Shown: positions 56,347-64,000 of the stretch, one piece after another
Layout of the letters: every line of letters begins with the position of its first letter
Numbering within the stretch: the first letter of the stretch is position 1
From: an uncultured Candidatus Saccharibacteria bacterium
GTDB taxonomy: Bacteria > Patescibacteriota > Minisyncoccia > Phycocordibacterales > UBA9973
Length of the DNA: 64,000 nt
Direction of reading: 5' to 3'
Assembly: GCA_964505155.1 (NCBI GenBank)
Contig: CAZDGL010000004.1
Span: forward strand, 4,110-68,109
The notes under the pieces: generated by a model
Databases searched by the model: none
Seen by the model: only the letters and a program-made list of their open reading frames with translations
What the model was told of the DNA's origin: nothing
Position numbers and translations under genes: made by a program

Positions 56347-57041
56347 TAGAAATAATCCCAGCGGTTTTACCAAAAAGTTTTAGAGATATAGAAGAAGCAG
56401 TCGAAAAGGTGCGCTCTATTGCACCGACTATTCAGATAGATTTTTGCGATGGCAAGTTTGTGGAGAACAAGTCTTGGTGGTGGACAGGCAAAGAGCTTGC
56501 GCGCAAGGAGTCCATAATAGCTGAAGAAGAAGGTTTGCCATACTGGGACAGCGTAAACTATGAGTTTGATTTGATGGTCACAGACCCACTCTCGCACATG
56601 GATACTTTCATTGCGCTTGGTCCGTCAAAAATAATTTTCCACAAAAAAAGTGTCAGTGTTGAAGACTTGCTTAAATACTTTGAAAATTTACCAGAAGTTA
56701 CTAGACAAATCATTTCTTTTGGTATCGCTCTTGAGCTCGATGATGATCCTACAGAGATAGCGCCTCTTGTCCCATATCTACGCCGTGTACAGTGTATGGG
56801 CATAGAGCACATAGGTGTACAAGGAGAACCTTTTGCTGATAAATGTGTAGACTTGGTAAAGAGAGTATATGATCTTTATGGAGACAAGATTCGCATCAGT
56901 GTAGATGGTGGAGTAAATGCAAATCATATCCCAGCACTAGTAAAAGCTGGAGCTCGTAGACTAGTCGTGGGTTCAGCAGTATTTCAAAGTATCGATCCGC
57001 ACGGTACAATAGAAGAGTTACAAAACATTGCCAACTCATAA
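56343..57041 (+). CDS. ribulose-phosphate 3-epimerase-like TIM-barrel protein
   Basis: IQIDFCDGKFV...ISVDGGVN...VVGSAVF. Confidence 0.55.
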   Translation: MIEIIPAVLPKSFRDIEEAVEKVRSIAPTIQIDFCDGKFVENKSWWWTGKELARKESIIAEEEGLPYWDSVNYEFDLMVTDPLSHMDTFIALGPSKIIFHKKSVSVEDLLKYFENLPEVTRQIISFGIALELDDDPTEIAPLVPYLRRVQCMGIEHIGVQGEPFADKCVDLVKRVYDLYGDKIRISVDGGVNANHIPALVKAGARRLVVGSAVFQSIDPHGTIEELQNIANS

Positions 57042-57044
57042 ACG

Positions 57045-57917
57045 ATGAAAAATAAAATCGGCACTTATACAACTAGAGAGCTCGCTATCAAAGCCAATGA
57101 AATCCGTGAGAGCATCATAGAAATGCTTTTGGAAGCTGGTTCAGGGCATACTGCGGGACCTCTCGGAATGGCAGATGTTTTCACTGCACTTTATTTTGAT
57201 TTGCTTCGCCATGATCCAGAGCGTCCAGATTGGGCAGAGCGCGATAGACTAGTGCTTTCAAATGGACATATCAACCCTGTGCTTTACGCTACTATGGCGC
57301 ACGTCGGTTATTTTCCTATAGAAGAACTCAAAACTCTTCGCAAATTTGGAACACGACTTCAAGGGCACCCTCATCGAGAGTTTTTGCCATATCTTGAAAA
57401 CTCTTCTGGACCTCTCGGTTCGGGTCTTTCGCAGGCAGTCGGTATGGCGCTTGCAGATAGGATAGATAATGGAGTCACAACACAGAAATACTTTTATTGT
57501 TTACTTGGAGACGGAGAGCTCAATGAAGGCAACAACTGGGAAGCTGTCATGCTCGCTGGCAAAGAAAAACTGCGCAACCTCATAGCGATAGTAGATAGAA
57601 ACAACATTCAGATAGACGGTTATACTGAAGATGTGATGCCACTAGACTCTCTGACTTCCAAATGGGAAGCGTTCAACTGGCATGTACAAGAAATAGACGG
57701 TCACAATATTGAAGCTATAATCGATGCGGTTCACAAAGCCAAAGCCGTGTTTGAAAAGCCTTCTGTCATCATCGCCCGCACTATTCCTGGCAAAGGCGTT
57801 CGAGAGTTTGAACGTAAGTTTGAATGGCACGGCAAGGCTCCAAACAAAGAAGAAGCAAATATGGCGCTTCAGGAACTGAGAACATTGGGAGGTAAAATTA
57901 AGAGTGAGCATAACTAA
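57045..57917 (+). CDS. transketolase, N-terminal (TPP-binding) subunit
   Basis: GSGHTAGPLGMADVF...GDGELNEGNNWEA. Ends LGGKIKSEHN. Confidence 0.85.
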   Translation: MKNKIGTYTTRELAIKANEIRESIIEMLLEAGSGHTAGPLGMADVFTALYFDLLRHDPERPDWAERDRLVLSNGHINPVLYATMAHVGYFPIEELKTLRKFGTRLQGHPHREFLPYLENSSGPLGSGLSQAVGMALADRIDNGVTTQKYFYCLLGDGELNEGNNWEAVMLAGKEKLRNLIAIVDRNNIQIDGYTEDVMPLDSLTSKWEAFNWHVQEIDGHNIEAIIDAVHKAKAVFEKPSVIIARTIPGKGVREFERKFEWHGKAPNKEEANMALQELRTLGGKIKSEHN

Positions 57918-57919
57918 AC

Positions 57920-58117
57920 ATGACTAAAATAATATTTGCTTTTATAATTGGGCTACTTCTCATATTTTTTGGTTATCGTACATATAGCATGTCTTATACT
58001 AGTAAATTTTTTACGTCTTTTACTAAAAAATTTCTTAGCGTAGTAATGTTTTTTGTAGGGTTATTAATTCTTGTGGTGATTTACTATGGATATAAATTAT
58101 TAAGCGGATTTGCATAA
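57920..58117 (+). CDS. tiny 2-TM membrane protein (65 aa), AT-rich islet gene 1
   Basis: Hydrophobic ORF about 25-30 percent GC, placed 2 nt after the tkt N-subunit stop. Confidence 0.4.
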   Translation: MTKIIFAFIIGLLLIFFGYRTYSMSYTSKFFTSFTKKFLSVVMFFVGLLILVVIYYGYKLLSGFA

Positions 58118-58122
58118 TTAGT

Positions 58123-58392
58123 ATGAAAAATATAGATTGGGCAAAAACAATAGGTAGATTAGTAATAGTAGTGTTTGGACTAGCCACCATCTTTTTTGGC
58201 GTAGGAATCTATGCCTTTGGTGTTACTTTTGGGAGTGTAAGTAATTTAAAAATTTTTCTTACTCTAGTCCCACTATTCTTATCTGGCTGTGTAATGATCT
58301 TTTTAAATAATATCTCTAAAGGAAAGAATTGGATTTGGGTAACAATAAGTTTTTTTGTTTTATTAGCATATTTTATTATGTTTAATAATTAA
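58123..58392 (+). CDS. tiny 3-TM membrane protein (89 aa), islet gene 2
   Basis: Hydrophobic ORF tightly packed after gene 1. Confidence 0.4.
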   Translation: MKNIDWAKTIGRLVIVVFGLATIFFGVGIYAFGVTFGSVSNLKIFLTLVPLFLSGCVMIFLNNISKGKNWIWVTISFFVLLAYFIMFNN

Positions 58393-58395
58393 TAT

Positions 58396-58686
58396 ATGAG
58401 AAATAGACCTAGCATTTTCTTCTTAACTGTCACAGCTATTAGTCTTTTTGTATATATTAAATATTTATCAGCCTCTTTTTCTTTTCCTGCTCGTGCAGTT
58501 GGATTTTTAGGATTTTTTGGCTTACCCGCATCCTTTTTTTGGTTGGGAATAAGTTTATTTATACAAGGTAAGAAGATGCAAAACCGTAAAAATCAGTCTA
58601 TTGGGGTAGGACTAATTGTTATTGGGCTAATCACTTCAATGATTGTAGTCGGATGGACAATTCTTGCTTTTAGTGATTGGCAGTAA
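58396..58686 (+). CDS. tiny 3-TM membrane protein (96 aa), islet gene 3
   Basis: Hydrophobic ORF. Confidence 0.4.
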   Translation: MRNRPSIFFLTVTAISLFVYIKYLSASFSFPARAVGFLGFFGLPASFFWLGISLFIQGKKMQNRKNQSIGVGLIVIGLITSMIVVGWTILAFSDWQ

Positions 58687-58693
58687 TAAATAT

Positions 58694-58789
58694 ATGTTAA
58701 ATCCTAATTTAAAACTAAATAACAAAATTTTCTCAGACGATTGCGAATTAATAGTATTAGGAGGTAAAATTAAGAGTGAACATAATTAG
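58694..58789 (+). repeat. duplicated transketolase junction: copy of the tktC 5' end (54 bp) fused in frame to a copy of the tktN 3' end (about 33 bp)
   Basis: 58694-58747 matches 59014-59067 with 2 synonymous mismatches. 58757-58789 matches 57885-57917 with 3 synonymous mismatches. The fusion reads as a 31-codon chimeric ORF MLNPNLKLNNKIFSDDCE-LIV-LGGKIKSEHN. Confidence 0.7.
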
Positions 58790-58790
58790 T

Positions 58791-59021
58791 ATGAAATATT
58801 TAAAGATATCTTTACAAATAGTTCTTGGGTTAGCAATTGTTATTTTTTCTGTAAAAGAAAGCGCTTATACAATGAAAGCTTTTTCTCTTATTTGGGGTAC
58901 TCAACATACTGGGTTTTTTATTATATATCTAGTCCTCATTCCTATTTATTGGATAATCGGTTTATTTCTTATTAATCTTGGTATGAGAAATTTATCTAAA
59001 ATAAAAAAACAAAATGCTTAA
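58791..59021 (+). CDS. tiny membrane protein (76 aa), islet gene 4
   Basis: Hydrophobic ORF. Its stop overlaps the tkt C-subunit ATG. Confidence 0.4.
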   Translation: MKYLKISLQIVLGLAIVIFSVKESAYTMKAFSLIWGTQHTGFFIIYLVLIPIYWIIGLFLINLGMRNLSKIKKQNA

Positions 59022-60006
59022 TCCTAATTTAAAACTAAATAACAAAATTTTCTCAGACGACTGCGAACAAGCACCGATCCGCAAAGGCTTTGGTGAGGGC
59101 TTGGTGGAAGCGGGGGAAAGTAATAAAGACATCGTTGCTCTTTCGGCAGATCTGACAGAAAGTACGCAAATGCATTTATTCAAAAATCGTTTTCCAGAGA
59201 GGTTTGTCGAGATCGGTGTAGCAGAACAAAATCTTGCAACAGTTGCGAGCGGTATGAGTGCTATGGGTAAGTATCCATTTTTCTCTTCCTATGCGATGTT
59301 CTCTCCAGGTCGCAACTGGGAGCAAATCCGCACCACTCTTGCATACAACGATAGAAAGGCAGTTATCGTGGGCTCTCATGCTGGTGTATCTGTAGGACCA
59401 GATGGCGGTACACACCAAGCCATAGAAGACATCGCTCTTATGAGGGTTATCCCGCGCATGATGGTACTTTCACCTTGCGATAGCCTACAAGCCAAGAAAA
59501 TGACCCTAGCACTTGCGCAGGCTCCAGAGCTGGCATATCTACGACTCGCTAGAGAAAAGACGCCTATCATCACCAGTTATGATACCCCTCTTGAACTCGG
59601 AAAGGGGCAAGTTCTCTACAGACCAGAAGGTGTGGCACATGTGGCTATCATTGCTACTGGTGCATTGGTAGCCAATGCTCTTCGCGTTGCCAAAGACTTG
59701 GAAAAGAAACATATCAAGGTAGTGGTAGTAAATATTCACACCATTAAACCACTAGATGAAGAGCTCATCATCAAAGTTGCCAAAGAAACAAAAGCAGTCG
59801 TAACTGTAGAGGAACATCAAGTAGTGGGTGGACTTGGAGGAGCAGTAGCTGAATGTTTGGCAAAAAGTTGTCCAACACCGATAGAGTTTGTAGGAGTTCA
59901 AGACCTCTTTGGTCAGTCTGGTACACCACGTGAACTCATTGAGCATTATGGAATGGGACGAGATGGGATTGAGAAGGCGATTTTAAAAGTTATAGATAGA
60001 AAGTAG
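59014..60006 (+). CDS. transketolase, C-terminal (pyrimidine-binding) subunit
   Basis: IGVAEQNLATVASGMSAMGKYPFFSSYAMF. Confidence 0.85.
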   Translation: MLNPNLKLNNKIFSDDCEQAPIRKGFGEGLVEAGESNKDIVALSADLTESTQMHLFKNRFPERFVEIGVAEQNLATVASGMSAMGKYPFFSSYAMFSPGRNWEQIRTTLAYNDRKAVIVGSHAGVSVGPDGGTHQAIEDIALMRVIPRMMVLSPCDSLQAKKMTLALAQAPELAYLRLAREKTPIITSYDTPLELGKGQVLYRPEGVAHVAIIATGALVANALRVAKDLEKKHIKVVVVNIHTIKPLDEELIIKVAKETKAVVTVEEHQVVGGLGGAVAECLAKSCPTPIEFVGVQDLFGQSGTPRELIEHYGMGRDGIEKAILKVIDRK

Positions 60007-60017
60007 ATAGATAAAAT

Positions 60018-60122
60018 AAAAAATACACATATCATTTTAAAGTCGCGTATTCGCCTGATGGCGAATCGCTGATACTCAGACCAGTCGTCTTGCGTAACAC
60101 CCTAAAATGATATGTGTATTTT
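60018..60122. terminator. long inverted-repeat structure (23-bp perfect arms around a 57-nt GC-richer, internally structured spacer); probably a bidirectional terminator, possibly a structured RNA
   Basis: aaaaaatacacatatcattttaa ... ttaaaatgatatgtgtatttttt, with an inner hairpin gcgtattcgcc-tgat-ggcgaatcgc. Lies between convergent genes. Confidence 0.5.
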
Positions 60123-60134
60123 TTTTATTACCTT

Positions 60135-61130
60135 TTAAAAAAGAGGTTTTGGTTCGTAGTCTTTTGGCGCTTCAGACAGATGCTTTTCTAGTTGCGCCAT
60201 AGTGAGAAGTCCTTTTTGTGCGCCGACAAATTGCACAACACTCATAGAGTTTACTGGTCCCCATTTGAGGGCTTCTTTGATATCTTTACCAAGGAGGAGC
60301 GCCACAGATACGGTCGAAGCAAATGCATCTCCTGCGCCTGTTCTCTCGTATGGCTCATGAGGATATATCGGCATGAAGTAGCTTTCAGTGCCATCAGAAG
60401 CATAAGCGCCTTTGATACCATCAGTGATAAATATTATCTTGGGCCCCAAAGCATGTAGTCCAGCAAAAAGGTCTTGGATTTTATCACTTTGTGTTTTTAG
60501 TATTCTTTGTGCTTCTTCTACGTTACAGAAAAAAGCATAAGTGTGGGTGTAGATGTCTTTGAGTGCTTCCAGCCCCATTTTCATTTGAAAAGTTCCAGGT
60601 TGAAAAATGAGCTTGGTTTCTGGATGAGAGATAACATATTTTGCAATCTGTGCGTGGTACTCCTCTGTACCTTCTCCGAGAGAAGAAAGATAAATCATTT
60701 TTGGCGCTGACATATCAGAAGGGAAAGATGTAGGGAAGTGAGCATGTTTTACAAGTATTGTGCGATCGACATCATACCAAAGGACATAGTGATAGTTGGT
60801 AGGGATGTCTTCGTGGACGCCAACGTATTTTGTGGAGACATTGTTTTTGATAAGTTCGTCTAGACAGTTTTGTCCGTGAGCGTCTTTACCAACATGAGCT
60901 ATAAGAGCACTAGAGACACCAAGTCTTGAAGCAGAGACAGCGGCATTGGCACTGTTACCAACAGCTCTTATTTCCTCTACGGATTCATATGGGACTTTGT
61001 CTCCAAATCTTAGAGAAATCTTGCAGTTGTGTTCGTCTATATCACAAGACACTTGTGCGTCTTTGATCTTGATAAAAGCATCGGTCACGAGATCTCCGAT
61101 AGCCAAAAAGTCTATTTGTTCATTTTGCAT
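60135..61130 (-). CDS. PfkB-family carbohydrate kinase (ribokinase-like)
   Basis: LAIGDLVTD... and TGAGDAF. Confidence 0.8.
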   Translation of the reverse strand: MQNEQIDFLAIGDLVTDAFIKIKDAQVSCDIDEHNCKISLRFGDKVPYESVEEIRAVGNSANAAVSASRLGVSSALIAHVGKDAHGQNCLDELIKNNVSTKYVGVHEDIPTNYHYVLWYDVDRTILVKHAHFPTSFPSDMSAPKMIYLSSLGEGTEEYHAQIAKYVISHPETKLIFQPGTFQMKMGLEALKDIYTHTYAFFCNVEEAQRILKTQSDKIQDLFAGLHALGPKIIFITDGIKGAYASDGTESYFMPIYPHEPYERTGAGDAFASTVSVALLLGKDIKEALKWGPVNSMSVVQFVGAQKGLLTMAQLEKHLSEAPKDYEPKPLF

Positions 61131-61172
61131 ATTTACATTATAGCTAGTTTCTCCTTATGGTACAATTGTTTT

Positions 61173-62033
61173 ATGAAAACTCTCCGAGCCTATATAGCAG
61201 AAGCCAAAAGAGACAAAAAAGCGATAGGGCATTTTAATTTTTCAAACATCGAAGGGCTTTGGGCTATAGCACACGGCGCGCAAAAAGTTGGATTGCCAGT
61301 TATCGTCGGAGTCTCAGAAGGAGAAGAGCGAGCCATAGGTATACATGAAGCTGTGGCATTGGTTAAGAGCATCAGAAGCAACCTCAAGATCCCTATTTTT
61401 CTAAATGCTGATCATCACTATAGTGTCGAGGCAGTTAAGGCTTGCATTGATGCAGGTTACGATAGTGTGATATTTGACGGGGCCAAGCTTTCTATGGAGG
61501 AGAACATTGCACAGGCCAAAGAGTGTGTAGAATATGCTCGCAAAAGTATGCACGATGTAGTAGTAGAGGTAGAGCTTGGTTATATCGGACAGTCTTCAAA
61601 GGTGCTCGATGGTGTGCCAGAAGGAGTTTCGCTCGAGAACCTCACTAAAGTAGAAGATGCGCAAAGACTGATGAAAGAGTCAGGCGCCGATATGCTTGCT
61701 CCAGCAGTTGGCAACATTCACGGCATGTTTAAAGGCGGGGTAGATCCAAGACTTGATATCGCTCGCATCAAAGAAATCTCAAAAGCCACAAATGCTCCAC
61801 TTGTTCTTCACGGTGGCTCAGGCAATGATGCTGATTTTGAAGAGGCGATACTCTCTGGCATAACCGTAGTCCATATCAACACCGAACTTCGCAAAGCTTA
61901 TACAGAGGGAGTCAAAAAATACATGGAGGAGTATCCAGATGATGTTGCTCCATACAAATACGGCGAAGCCGGCAAATTGGCTATGCAAAAGGTAGTAGAG
62001 GAAAAGTTAAAAGTTTTTAGTAGAATAAAATAA
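61173..62033 (+). CDS. fba: class II fructose-bisphosphate aldolase
   Basis: KAIGHFNFSNIEGLWAIAHGAQKVGLPVIVGVSEG plus a metal-binding H..H pattern. The start was trimmed to MKTLRAY at 61173. The longer track ORF would overlap pfkB. Confidence 0.85.
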   Translation: MKTLRAYIAEAKRDKKAIGHFNFSNIEGLWAIAHGAQKVGLPVIVGVSEGEERAIGIHEAVALVKSIRSNLKIPIFLNADHHYSVEAVKACIDAGYDSVIFDGAKLSMEENIAQAKECVEYARKSMHDVVVEVELGYIGQSSKVLDGVPEGVSLENLTKVEDAQRLMKESGADMLAPAVGNIHGMFKGGVDPRLDIARIKEISKATNAPLVLHGGSGNDADFEEAILSGITVVHINTELRKAYTEGVKKYMEEYPDDVAPYKYGEAGKLAMQKVVEEKLKVFSRIK

Positions 62034-62034
62034 T

Positions 62035-63696
62035 ATGAATTTAGAATTACTCAAAAAGTCTTTTAGGGGAGATGTAGAAGGGGATGAGAAGACGCTTGAA
62101 AAGTACAGTCACGATGCTTCGCTTTTTGAGGTGGTGCCAGAAGTAGTTGTTTTTCCCAAGGATGCTAGTGACGTTGAGGCTCTTGTGAAGTTTGTATCTG
62201 AGAACAAAAAGTCTGACCCCAAGCTTTCTCTAACAGCGCGCAGTGCTGGGACATGTATGTCTGGCGGACCGCTTAACGAATCTATCATTTTAGATACTAC
62301 AAGATATTTAAATAAAATCATTTCTGTAGATAAGGAAAAGGCGGTAGCAGAGCCAGGAGTGTATTATCGAGATTTTGAAAAAGAAACTTTGAAGCTCGAC
62401 TGCATCATGCCTACTTATACTGCTTCCAAAGATCTCTGTGCTATAGGAGGGATGGTGAACAACAATTGCGCCGGAGAAAAGACTATCAAATACGGCAAGA
62501 TTGAGCGCTATGTCAGAAAACAAAACATTGTGTTCTCTGACGGCAAAAGTTATGAAGTCAAACCACTATCCAAGACAGAGCTTTTGGCCAAGATTGCTCG
62601 AGAAGACTTTGAAGGTAGGATTTACAAACAAGTTTTTGATCTTGTCGAAAACAACTATGAAGCTTTGCAAAATGCCAAACCAAAGGTGAGTAAAAACAGC
62701 GCCGGCTACTATCTCTGGAATGTTTGGAATAGAGAGACGGGTATCTTTGACCTCAACAAGCTCCTTGTAGGCTCTCAAGGGACACTCGGAGTAACAACAC
62801 AAGTAGAGCTTGGTCTTGTGCCAGTACCGAAGTATTCAAAAATGGTAGTTATCTATATGCCAAAGATCGATCGCCTCGGTGAAGTAGTAGATACTGTGAT
62901 GCGTTATGAGCCCGAGAGCTTTGAATCATTTGATGATTACAGTATGAAGCTGGCTATTAGGTTTATTTGGGACTTTTTCAAGAGACTTGGATTTTGGGGT
63001 GCTATCAAGCTTGGACTTCAGTTCATACCAGATATGTTTTTGGTACTTCGTGGTGGTGTACCAAAGATGATACTGATGGCAGAAGTCACAGGGGATGATG
63101 AGGAGGCGTTAGAAGCGAGAGCTAGAGAAATCCTCGAAGCCGTCAAGCCATTTGGTTTTGAAACTAAGATAGCAAGATCAAAAGGAGAGATAGAAAAGTA
63201 TTGGAAAATTCGCCGAGAGAGTTTTGCTCTGCTTCGCAACCATGCAGGTGGCAAGCGTACTGCGCCATTTATCGATGACATCATCGTTAGTCCTCATGAT
63301 ATGCCAAAGTTTTTACCAGAACTCCAAGGGATACTTTCTCATTACAAACTCGACTATACTATTGCGGGACATGCGGGGAACGGTAACTTCCACATCATTC
63401 CTCTTATGGATCTCGACAACCCATTTTCTTCAGATATTATTTTGGATTTGTCACAAAAAGTTTATACACTTGTCACCAAATACGGAGGTTCTATCACTGC
63501 TGAGCACAACGATGGTATCATCCGCACACCATACCTCTCTTATATGTACAAACCAGAGATTTTGGAATTGTTCAAAAAGGTCAAAGAAATATTTGATCCA
63601 CTCTATATCTTCAACCCCGGCAAAAAGGTAGGAGGATCGTTCAAATACATCACTGATCATCTCATCAGGAAACATGACCAAAAACATAGCTCATAA
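62035..63696 (+). CDS. FAD-linked oxidase (GlcD/D-lactate dehydrogenase-like)
   Basis: FAD-binding PCMH region VVFPKDASDVEALVKF...RSAGTCMSGG. Confidence 0.75.
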   Translation: MNLELLKKSFRGDVEGDEKTLEKYSHDASLFEVVPEVVVFPKDASDVEALVKFVSENKKSDPKLSLTARSAGTCMSGGPLNESIILDTTRYLNKIISVDKEKAVAEPGVYYRDFEKETLKLDCIMPTYTASKDLCAIGGMVNNNCAGEKTIKYGKIERYVRKQNIVFSDGKSYEVKPLSKTELLAKIAREDFEGRIYKQVFDLVENNYEALQNAKPKVSKNSAGYYLWNVWNRETGIFDLNKLLVGSQGTLGVTTQVELGLVPVPKYSKMVVIYMPKIDRLGEVVDTVMRYEPESFESFDDYSMKLAIRFIWDFFKRLGFWGAIKLGLQFIPDMFLVLRGGVPKMILMAEVTGDDEEALEARAREILEAVKPFGFETKIARSKGEIEKYWKIRRESFALLRNHAGGKRTAPFIDDIIVSPHDMPKFLPELQGILSHYKLDYTIAGHAGNGNFHIIPLMDLDNPFSSDIILDLSQKVYTLVTKYGGSITAEHNDGIIRTPYLSYMYKPEILELFKKVKEIFDPLYIFNPGKKVGGSFKYITDHLIRKHDQKHSS

Positions 63697-63734
63697 TTTG
63701 CATTTTTAGGCTTTTCCCGTATAATAAAGCCCTA

Positions 63735-64000
63735 TGTTAATACTAAAAGCAACAAAAAGACAAAGTGAGAAACCAGAAGACCTTAGAAGAGGAGACCAAA
63801 TCCCAGCTGTGTTTTATGGTTTTGGCAAGGAATCAACAGCTATTTCTGTTCCAAAGGTAGACTTTATCAAGCTCTTTAGAGAGGCTGGAGAGACTACTGC
63901 TATCACACTTGATATGGGTGGAGAGAAGATTTCTGCTTTGGTTCACGATATCCAAAGAGACCCAGTACGAGGAGAGCCAACACATGTGGACTTTCTAGTT
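63735..64000 (+). CDS. rplY: 50S ribosomal protein L25/general stress protein Ctc, N-terminal part; runs off the window end
   Basis: Own translation: MLILKATKRQSEKPEDLRRGDQIPAVFYGFGKESTAISVP...HVDFLV. Confidence 0.7.

Noticed and set aside
61029-61172. N-terminal 48-codon extension of fba
   Set aside because: It would overlap the pfkB-kinase start on the other strand. The class II aldolase homology begins at MKTLRAY (61173).
1-64000. CRISPR arrays, rRNA genes, and transposase or integrase genes
   Set aside because: No regularly spaced direct repeats, no rRNA-like conserved stretches, and no recombinase-like ORF were found. The only repeats are the short duplications listed above.

Overview
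This 64 kb window looks like the chromosome of a low-GC bacterium with a reduced genome, possibly of the Patescibacteria/CPR type. That placement is inference from several observations: almost no Shine-Dalgarno sequences, several leaderless genes with the ATG 6-8 nt after a TATAAT, short aminoacyl-tRNA synthetases, a split transketolase, and a type IV pilin. Core genes are readily identified, among them rplU, recR, dnaB, four aminoacyl-tRNA synthetases, cell-wall and division genes (mraY-ftsW-murG, mraZ-rsmH-ftsL-ftsI, a PBP2), obg, gatB, gap, fba and the two transketolase subunits. One tRNA-Glu(CUC) is present. Many rho-independent terminators are visible.

Six stretches look accessory or unusual:
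1. About 18.2-25.3 kb: a string of small, individually promoted and terminated genes of unknown function. They lead into a leaderless operon of a MazG-like pyrophosphohydrolase and a 673-aa protein that fuses a GIY-YIG nuclease, a DUF2075 P-loop ATPase and a LexA/UmuD-type self-cleaving domain. An HTH-Panacea antitoxin-like gene with a RelE/ParE-like toxin-like gene follows.
2. 57.9-59.0 kb: an AT-rich islet of four tiny membrane-protein genes inserted between the two transketolase subunits. It is flanked by duplicated tkt junction fragments that differ only synonymously, which suggests recombination between diverged alleles.
3. 4.8-8.7 kb: an ABC exporter, a protein with a Gly/Cys-rich tail, and an M16 peptidase, the last two behind paralogous promoters.
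4. 46.6-48.5 kb: a B12-binding radical-SAM gene carrying the only canonical AGGAGG ribosome-binding site in the window.
5. 37.28-37.32 kb: an MraZ-type direct-repeat operator.
6. 60.0-60.1 kb: a long structured inverted repeat between convergent genes.

No CRISPR array, rRNA or transposase was found. All domain assignments come from reading the translations by eye and should be confirmed with HMM searches.
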